64,000 nt of DNA, from NCBI GenBank assembly GCA_964016885.1, contig OZ024741.1, positions 341,868,001 through 341,932,000 of the forward strand, written 5' to 3'. The stretch comes from Eledone cirrhosa (taxonomy: Eukaryota). Under the pieces are notes generated by a model. That model saw only the letters and a program-made list of their open reading frames with translations, had not been told where the DNA came from and searched no databases. This document shows, one piece after another, positions 13,220-25,150 of the stretch (within the stretch, counting starts at the first letter, position 1; every line of letters begins with the position of its first letter). Both the position numbers and the translations under genes were made by a program.

Positions 13220-13652
13220 TAAAGGTTCAATGAATAAATCAATGAATATAGTTTTACAATAGATTAGAAGCACTCCACAGTTTGGTTTTCCAGAGTTATT
13301 AATATTAATTCAAAATATTAACAAATATAGACATTCGTGTGATCAAGTATATTTTATTATTCATATTTCAGAGGTACTGAGCTATCTTCAACAGTACGTC
13401 CTCATCAGATAAAATAAGATGATGCTTGACATACGTTGACTAAGTAGATGGTTAAAATTCAGTCATGGCAGTGAATTTTAACCATCTACTTAGTCATGAC
13501 TGAATTTTAACCATCTACTTAGTCAACGTATGTCAAGCATCATCTTATTTTATCTGATGAGGACGTACTGTTGAAGATAGCTCAGTACCTCTGAAATATG
13601 AATAATAAAATATACTTGATCACACGAATGTCTATATTTGTTAATATTTTGA

Positions 13653-13653
<1 letters not shown>
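13220..13653. mobile_element. HHR-bearing short element with ~159-bp inverted repeat (13309-13467 / 13495-13653)
   Basis: Arms are reverse complements; homologous to 15790-16023. Confidence 0.8.
13546..13612 (+). ncRNA. Type-I hammerhead ribozyme (mirror copy 13350-13416 minus)
   Basis: UAUUUUAU-CUGAUGA-GGAcGUACUG..CAGUACcUCU-GAAAU auga AUA/AUAAAAUA; 8-bp stem I. Confidence 0.75.
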
Positions 13654-13731
<78 letters not shown>

Positions 13732-14379
13732 TAGACACACCTGCTCAAGAATATATATGTATATATATATACACACACACACACAAAGACAAACACACAT
13801 GCATACACAGTATATATGTGCATACATATATATACATGTGTGCGTGCGTATGTGCGTGTGTGTGTGTGTGACATCTGCTCCTGCTGGCCTTTGATTATGA
13901 TAGCTAAAACAAATTTAAAGATTGTGTGTGTGTGTTTATGATTGTGTGTATCCACATATATACAAAGACCCACATCACACACACATACATAAGAGAGAAA
14001 CAGACAAAATGTAGTGTATGCATATATATATAAGTGTGTGTGTGTGTATGCATCGATATATATATATGTGTCTGTATGTAAGTATGGAAATTTACAGGTC
14101 ACACCTATATAGGTTTAACTGGCCTCCTTCAAGGTTGCATCTTATAGGAGGTTTCTTGGGGGCTTTTCATGATGTGGGCTCCTATTCCTATCACACACAC
14201 AAAAAAACTTGAAATAAACTCTGTTGCTCAAGAACACAATGTGCTGCCCAGTCCAAGAATCGAACTCACTACTTACAATGTTACATCCAACACCATAACC
14301 ACTAGGCCATGGGCTCCTTCACAGTACAATAGAAAGCTATATACATACACACACACATATAATATAAAAGTAACGAAGA

Positions 14380-15230
<851 letters not shown>

Positions 15231-15597
15231 ACGACCGTGACTTCTGGCGTCACGCAGTAAAACAGGGTACCCGACCTCCCATGGGAACATGCTGAAGCAT
15301 ATAAACAATATGCCCCCCCCCCCCCCCCACCGCAAGGTGGTCGTGGAGGTGCCACGGCAAAAAAGCACCCAGCCCACACTGTAAAGTGGACGTGTAGGCG
15401 CCACGAAAAAGCACCCAGCACTCACTGTAAATGAGGTTGGTGTTAGGAAGGGCATCCAGCTGTAGAAATCAAGCCAGATCAGTTCCTGTATGAGCAAGGC
15501 ATGGTCAGCCGACCAGACACTGCCCACAACAGGACAACCCGTCTAACCCATGCTAGCGTGGAAGAACGGACGTAAAACGGTGATGATGATGATGATG

Positions 15598-15598
<1 letters not shown>
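15231..15598 (+). mobile_element. 3' end of a third RTE family (C): ORF end plus 3' UTR
   Basis: DRDFWRHAVKQGTRP parallels DRDKWRDAVLNKTRP; UTR with ttaggaagggcatccagc and (ATG)n tail. Confidence 0.7.
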
Positions 15599-15632
<34 letters not shown>

Positions 15633-15704
15633 ATATATATTATATATATATATTATATATATATATATTATATATATATATATTATATATATATATATAT
15701 ATTA

Positions 15705-15756
<52 letters not shown>

Positions 15757-15811
15757 TGCCAATACTGGAATTGAATAATCAAGACCGTAGCGGTATGTCA
15801 TATATCAAATC

Positions 15812-15883
15812 ATATATTTTGTCTGATGAGGACGTACTGAAAAAACAACACAGTACCTTTGAAATATATATAATAAAGTATAT
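15812..15883 (+). ncRNA. Type-I hammerhead ribozyme, paralogue of the 13.5-kb motif
   Basis: AUAUAUUUUGU-CUGAUGA-GGAcGUACUG..CAGUACcUUU-GAAAU AUAU AUA/AUAAAGUAUAU; 11-bp stem I with 2 GU pairs, palindromic stem III loop. Confidence 0.75.
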
Positions 15884-16022
15884 ATTTTGATTATGAGAAT
15901 ATTTTTCATTTGTTAACATTTCGAATAAAATTAAAAACTCCAGGAAAACCTTTTGTTGGGTGCTTCTAATCTATTGTAAAATTGTATTCGTTGAGTAATC
16001 AACGAATCATACTAATCTTTGG

Positions 16023-16163
<141 letters not shown>

Positions 16164-16192
16164 TAATATAAAAGTAACGAATATCGCTGGTG

Positions 16193-16255
<63 letters not shown>

Positions 16256-16426
16256 GCAATATAAAAGTACCGAAGATCGCTGGTATATTTATAAATACAC
16301 ACATACACACACATATTTATATGTACATATATGTAGATTATACACACGCACACACGCACATAAACACAGCAAAGCATGACATTGAACGATGTATGGTTGA
16401 AGTTAAAGGGTTTAAATATAACTTAC

Positions 16427-17536
16427 GTTGCTTTTGTTGCCGGACCAGTGAACGATAGCTTCGTTATGGTTCCAATCCGGGAGATTTACGTAACTTGTTA
16501 TCAGACTTGGATTCCCTTCTTCTCTCTTACTCTCTGTCTTTGATGATGATGATGGTGGTGATGACGATGATGATGTTGATGATGATGTTGATGATGGTTG
16601 TGACTGAGGTGGTGGAGGAGGAGGGGGGACAGGGTTAACGTCCTCCCCAGTTCGTTTGCCCTTCCCTAGGTACACACTTTCCTGCCAAGGGCTTCCACCA
16701 ACGTCCTTCTCGTTGTTATTGTTGTGGCTGTCATTTTTATTGTGGTTGTCATTGTTGTTGCTGTTGTTGTTATTGTTGTTGCTGTCATTGTTGCTATTAT
16801 TATTATTGTTGTTATTATTAGTGCTTTCGTTGTGTCGGCGATGGTGTCGGTGCCGATCGTCTTCGGTATCTGAAGACGTGGCCCTTGGGCCAACAGCGCT
16901 AGCTGTCTCGTTGTTATTGTTGTGATGATGATTATTTTGATAATGGCTATTGTTATTGTTCTTGTGGTTGTTGTTGCTGCTCTTGTTATGGTAATGATGG
17001 TGATGATGCTGTTGTTTGTGGTGGTTGTGGTTGTCATGATGTTGTTGTTGTTGTGCTTGTTGCTCTTGTTTGTTATCGTTGTTAATTCCACCGTGACCAC
17101 CACCACCACCACCACCAGCACTATCATCATCAACAGAAGCAGTAGTAGCACCAACACCACCACCTCCATCAGCACCGATACCACCACCATCACCGACATC
17201 ACCATCGTCATCGTCGTCGTCCCCTTCATCATCATCATCATCGTCGTCATGTCCAGGTGACGACCAGGTCCTGCTGTGTGCGGCGGCGACGGCAGCGGCG
17301 GCTATATCTACATCAGTCGCCGAAGCAGCAACATCTGAGGCGGTAAACTCCCTTCGGAAACGAGCTGCTAATTGTCCGAATTGTTTGTTCAGGGATCCCA
17401 AACTGCTGTCAAGTACGACCAAGTTGTTTTCTCGAGAAGAACTAGTGAAAATTTTACCGCTAACCAGCACTGTCACCATGTAAAATGGTACAACAAGCGC
17501 CAGAGCGCATCTTGCCTTACCTTCGTAACACGCCAT
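16427..17536 (-). CDS. First coding exon of a Vps10p-domain receptor (SorCS-like/SorLA-like); signal peptide plus long low-complexity pro-region
   Basis: caacATGG start, hydrophobic [22 protein letters not shown] furin-type site, [14 protein letters not shown] resembling SorCS HNQAMVHWSG.NSS and SorLA HNQMVVHWAGEKSN (recalled), phase-0 donor AAC|GTAAGT at 16427/16426. Confidence 0.8.
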
Positions 17537-18043
17537 GTTGTTGTCTGTATTCTCTTTCTCTCACTCTCTCTCTCGCTCTCACACGCTCTCCCTCTCTCTC
17601 TCTGTTTAAATATATATGTGTGCGTGTATGTGTGCATGTGGGGATGGGTAGTCTTTTAGTCTTACTATTACTATTTCTTCCTATCGCTCTCAATTTCACT
17701 ATCACTCTTTCTACCTCTCGCTCTCGTAGTTTCACTATCACTCTTTCTACCTCTCACAGTTTCACTATCATCTTTCTTCCTCTCGCTCTCGCAGTTTCAC
17801 TATTAATCTTTCTTCCTCTCACATTCTCACTTTCACTTCTACTCGCTCCTAGTTTCACTCGTCTTACAGATCTTACTCTTCCTTCACATTGCATATATAC
17901 ATATACACACATATATGTATGTGTATACACACACTATATATATATAAATATACACACTCTATGTATATAACAAAGGGGTGTGGTAAGATACCTGGTGGAC
18001 CATAACTCACCAGAGTACTCAATACTTAGGGTAGTAGAGTGGG

Positions 18044-18108
<65 letters not shown>

Positions 18109-18221
18109 CAGGAATCACGGAAACTACAACCTCCTAAAAAAAACTTTTCATAAAAAATAATAGTGAGCTGCAATGTAAAAATATATTTCAGTGTTTTAAC
18201 ACGTTTTACACACACACACAC

Positions 18222-18267
<46 letters not shown>

Positions 18268-18295
18268 TAATATATATATATATATATATATATTA

Positions 18296-18332
<37 letters not shown>

Positions 18333-18869
18333 CTTATATATATATATATATAAATGTGTGTGTGTGTGTAAAACGTGTTAAAACACTGAAATATATTTTT
18401 ATATATATGTTACTTATATATATATATATATATTACTTATATATATATATACTTATATATATATATATATTACTTATATATATATATACTTATATATATA
18501 TATACTTATATATATATATAACTTATATATATATATATATACTTATATATATATATACTTATATATATATATAACTTATATATATATATATATTACTTAT
18601 ATATATATTACTTATATATATATATATATTACTTATATATATATATATTACTTATATATATTACTTATATATATATATATTACTTATATATATATATATA
18701 TTACTTATATATATATATATTACTTATATATATATATATTACTTATATATATATATATATTACTTATATATATATATATATATTACTTATATATATATAT
18801 ATATTACTTATATATATATATATATTACTTATATATATATATATATACTTATATATATATATATATATA

Positions 18870-18922
<53 letters not shown>

Positions 18923-19021
18923 TTATATATATATATACTTATATATATATATATATACTTATTTATATATATATATATATACTTATATATATAAATCCAC
19001 AGACCCTCCATCTCAACTCTA

Positions 19022-19057
19022 CTTTTGAAAAGCAGAAGAACTGCGAAACCGGTAAAG
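19022..19057 (+). ncRNA. Minimal hammerhead-like motif with U3/A8 core variant
   Basis: CUU-UUGAAAA-GCAG aagaa CUGC-GAAAC cg GUA/AAG; palindromic ACCGGU stem III. Confidence 0.5.
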
Positions 19058-19204
19058 GAACCAAATAAATATATATATATTTTTTTAAATAAGACTCCAG
19101 TTGCATTTTCGATTTCATCTCTTTTTCTTTATATTTTCACTCGTGTAGGACACCTCGGTTATTTTTCATTTTGTTAAAAAAAAACTCTTTCTAATATATA
19201 TAAG

Positions 19205-19240
<36 letters not shown>

Positions 19241-19265
19241 TATAAGTATATATATATATATAAGT

Positions 19266-19465
19266 ATAACGAAGGAAAAGTGGTAAGGAACCAGGTGGAC
19301 CATAACGCACCAAAGTACTCAATACTTAGCGTAGTAGAGTGGGTAATAGGAACGAGTAGGACCCCGACGGCTGAGCTCAAGCCGTTTCGACGGCTAATTC
19401 TGGACGTCCAGAATTAGCCGTCGAAACGGCTTGAGCTCAGCCGTCGGGGTCTTACTTGTTCCTAT
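19266..19465. mobile_element. Solo terminal-repeat fragment of the 25-27 kb Penelope-like family with spacer-less palindrome centred at 19405/19406
   Basis: Near-identical to reverse complement of 27280-27418; a further piece at 17965-18047. Confidence 0.8.
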
Positions 19466-19864
19466 ATATAAGTATATATATATAAGTATATATATATATA
19501 TATAAGTATATATATATATATATAAGTATATATATATATATATAAGTATATATATATATATATAAGTATATATATATATATATATAAGTATATATATATA
19601 TATATATATAAGTATATATATATATATATATAAGTATATATATATATAAGTATATATATATATAAGTATATATATATATATATATATAAGTATATATATA
19701 TATATATATAAGTATATATACATATACTTATATATATATACTTATATATATATATATATATATACTTGTGTGTGTGTGCGTGTGCGTGTGTGCGTGTGTG
19801 CGTGTGCGTGTGTGCGTGTGTGCGTGTGCGTGTGCGTGTGCGTGTGTGTTTCAAGAGCCAAATA

Positions 19865-19900
<36 letters not shown>

Positions 19901-20149
19901 GGTTAGAGAGAGAGTTAGAGAGAACTTATTCCAATATATATAACTGAACGAATCCACACATGCGAGCCTATATACGAGCCCGTGTGTGTGTATGTAAACA
20001 TACACACCTGTTTCCGTGCACTTGTATGCATATATATTTACCTCTCTCTCTCTGCGTGTGTGCGTGAGAGAGTATGTATGTGTGTATGTAAAGTGTGCAG
20101 CCAACTAGGTTTGCATGTAAACAAAAGTACATACGTATGTTTTGGTAGA

Positions 20150-20480
20150 AGCAGCAAGGCAAAATGGTTAAGAAATTCGCTTCGTAATCATTAGGTCCCA
20201 GGTTCGATCACACTATGGAGATTCTTAAGCATGTGATATTTACCATGGCCATGGGTTGACCCAAGTCTTTTCGGTGAAACTGTGTAGACGGAAACTGTTT
20301 AGAAACCAGTCGAAAGGACTGTACTTGTAATTCAAAAGGCCAGTCTTGTCACAGTCTGTTACACTGAGAATTATATTAAGGACACACGTGTCTGTAGAAT
20401 GCTCAGTCACTTGCACATTAATTTATGAGCAAGCTGTTCTGCTGACCGAACAACTCGCCGTCGAAACCGACGTCGGTCCA
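20150..20480 (+). mobile_element. Degenerate tRNA-derived SINE; relatives at 20775-21052 and 61605-62000
   Basis: tggttaag..ggttcgat head; shared 3' body ttgtcaca..gtgtctgtggaatgctcagccacttgca. Confidence 0.65.
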
Positions 20481-20499
20481 TTCCATATGTGTGTGTGGC

Positions 20500-20592
20500 T
20501 AGATAGATAGACATCTTTCTTTATATGCCACAAGGGCGTACAAGAAATGGGACATTACAAGACGTGATGGCGGGGTTTTTACATAAAAATTG
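20500..20592 (-). mobile_element. Diverged 3'-terminal fragment of the Tx1-like family
   Basis: agatagatagac..ttctttat..gccacaagggc..caagaaatgggaca resembles 38640-38715. Confidence 0.5.
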
Positions 20593-21187
20593 TATAAACT
20601 CCAACATTAATAAATTACAATAAACTATATATTGAATAGATATATTTCTTTAATATTAAATAGATGTTTCTTTATTAGCGATCTGTAAATGTGTAAAGAG
20701 TTTTCTTATATAAGAATGAATGTATCAATATAGGCTTGTTTCTGTATATTCACGTCTTATAATGTACATGTACCTCGTGTAGGTATGTGTCTTAGTGGTT
20801 AAGGCTTCGTCAGATGCTCGTAAGTTCGTGAGTTCGATTCTCGGCGACAATTTGTGCCCTTGAGCAAGAACCTTTATTTCATTCAACTGTAATTCAAAGG
20901 AGCAGCTTTGTCACATATTGTGTCACACTGAATCACTCCAAGAGCTATGTGTCTGTGGAATGCTCAGCCACTTGCAAGTTAATTTCATGAGCAGCCTGTT
21001 CTGTTGATCATACAATTAGAACACGCATCGTCGGAACCGACGGAGGTCCAACAACAGGTGCTTCAGTGAAGTGTTTTGTATATTAAATATTATATACACA
21101 TAGGATATTAAATAAGTTGAGAAAACTGATTAACTGGGTGGATGGGGTGCTATTTCTATGATGAGTTGATAAAAACTCCCTCTAGGA

Positions 21188-21354
21188 CAGTGGTTCCCAT
21201 AGTGGGTTCCGCAAAGGAGTGCCTGGGGTTCCATGAAAAAAGGTAGAGGAACATATTTATATTTCGACCATATAACAGCATTAGACTTTGGGGTTCCCCC
21301 AAAGGTTTCTGAACCAAAAAGGGTTCCACGTTTGAAAAAGTTTGGGAAACCCTA
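21188..21354. mobile_element. hAT (Charlie-like) MITE
   Basis: CAGTGGTTCCCA...TGGGAAACCCTA termini, 8-bp flanks ctctagga/ctctagaa. Confidence 0.8.
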
Positions 21355-22111
21355 CTCTAGAAGGTACTTGAAAGCAGGAAGTTAAGGAGATAAGCCTTAA
21401 AAAATAATGAGTTGAGAAAACTTTGTATAAAAGTATATCACTTTTGGTTGTTTTTAGATTTAAACCCTTTACCATTTAAACAGGCCATATCCGGCCAGAA
21501 TTCTCTCACCTCTTTTTGTTCAAATTGATTGTAATCAGCCACATGTTAAGGTATTGTTCTCAAAATAAATAATATCAAAATCTCATAGATTCGATATTAT
21601 GTGAAATAATTATGTGAGGTAAAGCTTTTACCACAAAAATACAATAGTAAATATATTAAACACTGCTATAGGGTGCTATTTTGTACTAATCACACATATT
21701 ATGAGTTAGTCAAAGATTTTTAACTTACTACATTACAACCTGAGGGGTAGCATCATATAAAAACTAAAACAATACAAGAAAATGAACCTCAATCCCCTGT
21801 GGGTCACTTAGAATGTTCCACATTGGCAAAAATAAGTTCAAGTAACCAGAATGCAGTGGATTGGTAGAATCACTGAAATATCAGACAAAATGATTTGTTC
21901 TGGCTTTTTATGGGCTGAGTTCAAATTCTGCTAAGGTCAGCTATACCTTTAATCCTCCAGAGGTCAATAGAGTGGTATGCAAGGCAAGTGCTGGAATCAA
22001 TTTGATCAACTTTCCCCTTACCTCCCCAAAATTGATTTGAAATGGAATAGAAGGGCAGAATTGAAGTGTATTGTGACTAGTGATGTATAAGAAAATCTGA
22101 TAGTTAATATA

Positions 22112-22213
22112 CAGGGTATTCCAAAAAAATGAATACATACTTTGATTACCTATACAGGCAATATTTATTAAAATGCTGTTGAAGTGTGTATACATTTTGG
22201 GGGGGACACCCTG
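22112..22213. mobile_element. Tc1/mariner-type MITE
   Basis: TA|CAGGGT...ACCCTG|TA. Confidence 0.7.
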
Positions 22214-22495
22214 TACATTTCAACATTATTTTTGAGAAATTTTCATCTAACATACATTTTTGGGAATGTATGTTTGAGTAAATATTCCTCAAACAAATAT
22301 TTTATAGTTCATTAAGCATTTATGTTTGAGAAATTCTTTTTATCAAATCATACAGGTTGGATATTTCATCAAGCATTTAAGTTTGAGAAAATGCTTATGG
22401 AAAGAAGTGAGAATAGCAATGGATGAGTGATGTTAATGTGCATGAACTGAGAAAGAATGAATACAGGAGGATACATACATTTTATATTTCATTAA

Positions 22496-22717
22496 ACCTT
22501 TAGAATTTACATTACTCTATATTTACTATAGTATTTTCACAATAACAGCTTTATCTCACATAATTATCTCACATAAAATCGAATCTATGAGATTTTGATA
22601 TTATTTATTTTGAAAACAATACCTTAACATCGGTATGAGTGGCCAGTTACAGTTTGTTTGAACAGAACAGAGGAGAGAGAATTCTGGCCGAATATGGCCG
22701 GTTTAAATGCTACAGGG
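22496..22717. mobile_element. TTAA-flanked piggyBac-like MITE; relatives at ~21460-21670 (inverted) and ~55603-55810
   Basis: TTAA-acctttag...ctacaggg-TTAA; shared body tttatctcacataattatc..gagattttgatattatttattttga. Confidence 0.6.
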
Positions 22718-22748
22718 TTAAACATTTATGTTTCTGAATTTTTATCAA

Positions 22749-23133
22749 ATGGCTTAGTGGTTAGAGCATTGGCCTTGTTATTGAAAGGTTGTGAGTTCAA
22801 TTCTCAGACTGGGTGATGTGTTGTTTCCTTGAGCAAGACACTTTATTTCACATTGCTCCAGTTTACTCAGCTGAAGAAAAAGAGATGATAAGGACTGGGT
22901 CCCTATCATTCCACTGCAAAGTGGTCGTGGAGGTGCCACGGCAAAAAAGCACCCACCCCACACTGTAAAGTGGACGTGTAGGCGCACAAAAAAAAACCGC
23001 ACCCAGCACTCACTGTAAATGAGGTTGGTTGTAGGAAGGGCATCCAGCTGTAGAAATCAAGCCAGAATCAGTTCCCATCCCACCCTTGCAAGCAGGGAAA
23101 AGCGGACGTAAAATGATGATGATGATGATGATG
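22749..23133 (+). mobile_element. Near full-length tRNA/CORE SINE with chimeric RTE tail
   Basis: tggcttagtggttagagc A box, gtgagttcaattc B box, CORE-like block, RTE-C UTR segment, RTE-A terminus plus (ATG)n. Confidence 0.85.
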
Positions 23134-23724
23134 TTTATGTTTGAGGAAAGTTCATAAATATTTGATATTTCATCAAACATTTATTTCCATTTGATGAATT
23201 TTTATCAATCATGCATGTTATATATTTCATCAAATAGTTATGCTTCAGAATTTTCCATCAAACATACAGATTCTTTATGTTTAAGGAAATTTTATCAACG
23301 TTTCGGAAATTTTTAAACTTGCATCTTTTTTACTTCATCAATCATTAATTTTGGAGAAAGTTTTACCAAACATACATGTTTATTTAGTCAAACATACATG
23401 TATATACTACATCAAACATTTATGTTTGAGGAATTTTTGTGAAACATACATATATCATGAGCTATTTACATTTGATAAATTTTCATTACTCATGCAAGTT
23501 TTATATGTTTACATGTAAGAATATACAATTATAAAACATGAAGTGTGTTGCAAAACCAGAAAATGAAGAAAACTAAATTTCAAGCTAGTAGCAGACAATA
23601 TGGCAAACATTTTGACACTAGGGAATAAATGATATATATATATATACATATAAAGTAAAGAGACTTTGTATTTTAAATAACTAAAAGTGACACATCCAGA
23701 CAGTAATTGTGCAAATATATATAT

Positions 23725-24278
23725 ATATATGAAAACATGGCGTGCTGCGTGGCTGCAAATGGATTACATATGTAAATTTAGTCCTTCATCAGTGATCTTC
23801 CAACCTTCATTGGTATTTCATCGCTTTAAAAACCATATACCTCTGGTTGGTGCGAGCAACGGCTAAAGAAAGTCGTTGGGACACGTAAATAGGGGGAACG
23901 AGCGAGACAATAAACAAACAAAGATGGTAATGCAACCAAAAGTGAGGAAGAAGGAGTCAAGTCCCTGAAATCGATGAACATAAGTTCTGTGAAATCGTGG
24001 ACGAGAGAGAATAAAGACCATCCGACCTGGTCGAAGTGTGAGTGAGGAAAGAATCTCGCACATGTCAAACGGGAGTAAGTAGGAGAGGGAGTAGCAGAGA
24101 GTGAGTGAGTGAAAGTGTGAGGAAGAGGCTAACAGAGAGAGTGACTGGTAGAGGGGGTAAAAGGAAGTGAGAGATACAGAGAAAAGGGGAAGCAGTAAGA
24201 AAGAAACAGACGGGTCACAGCGGAGGAAAAGATATATGAAAATATGGCGTGCTGCGTGGTTGCAAATGGATTACATAT
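23725..24278 (-). mobile_element. Non-coding element with 507-bp partial-tandem structure
   Basis: gaaaa(c/t)atggcgtgctgcgtgg(c/t)tgcaaatggattacata at 23731 and 24238; CTGATGA on minus strand near 23785-23791. Confidence 0.55.
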
Positions 24279-24289
24279 ATATATATATA

Positions 24290-25119
24290 TCATCATCATC
24301 ATCATCATCATCAACGTTTAACGTCCGTGTTCCACGCTTGCATGGGTTTGGACGGGGGTAGTCCCACTTGAGGCAAGAGTGATTGTCTTGCTCGCATAGG
24401 ACTGTCTGGCAGGTTTTCTACAGTTGGATGCCCTTCCTAACACCAACCACATTTACAGTGTGGGTCTGGGAGGTTTTTACCGTGTTGCCTACACGGCCAC
24501 ATTACAGCGTGGACTGTGTGTTTTTTTGTCGTGACACCTACACGATCTCATTTGTTTCGGCCTCGATGGCGCGGCACCAACATAACTTTACATAGAACGG
24601 GGTGGTGTGGATCGGGTGGGGGTGGTGGGACGGGGTGTATTTGTTAGAGATGCCTACTGGCTGGAGTAGGTTTTACTATATATTTAGGTAAGGCGGGTCT
24701 TCTCTGTTACTGAGTACCGCCAAAGGTCTCGGTCCAGTGACATTGTCTTGGAGAGGTGTAAGTGTGTGATGTCGGAGTTTATCAGCTCGTCCCAGGTTTT
24801 TCTAGGTCTGCCTATTCCGTGACTACCGTCTATCTTTATTGCCCTGCACTTTGTTATACAGCTATCGACTTTCATGCGCATCACGTGTCCATACCAACGT
24901 AGCCTTCTCTCGAGTAAACAACATCTGATCCCTCTTATCTCTAATTTATTCCTTAGTTCGTTTATGCTTTGCCGTTCACGTATATTACTGTTACACATCC
25001 AGCGGAGCATGCAAGCTTCGTTCCTCTCTAGTCTGCGTATGTCCTCTGCACACAATGCCCAGGTCTCACTGCCATGCAGCATTGCTGTTCGTATGCAGGC
25101 ATCGTACAACCTGCCTTTC

Positions 25120-25121
<2 letters not shown>
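24290..25121 (-). mobile_element. 5'-truncated RTE family B with 3' UTR
   Basis: KGRLYDACIRTAMLHGSETW..RLRWYGHV..GRPRKTW; UTR and (ATG)n tail. Confidence 0.9.

Positions 25122-25147
<26 letters not shown>

Positions 25148-25150
<3 letters not shown>

Larger units (their letters stand above)
18225..19760. repeat. (TA)n satellite interrupted by ACTT (mainly left) or AAGT (mainly right), hosting short inserts
   Basis: Direct reading. Confidence 0.9.

Noticed and set aside
22749-22815. tRNA gene
   Set aside because: A/B boxes continue into a SINE body; no complete cloverleaf
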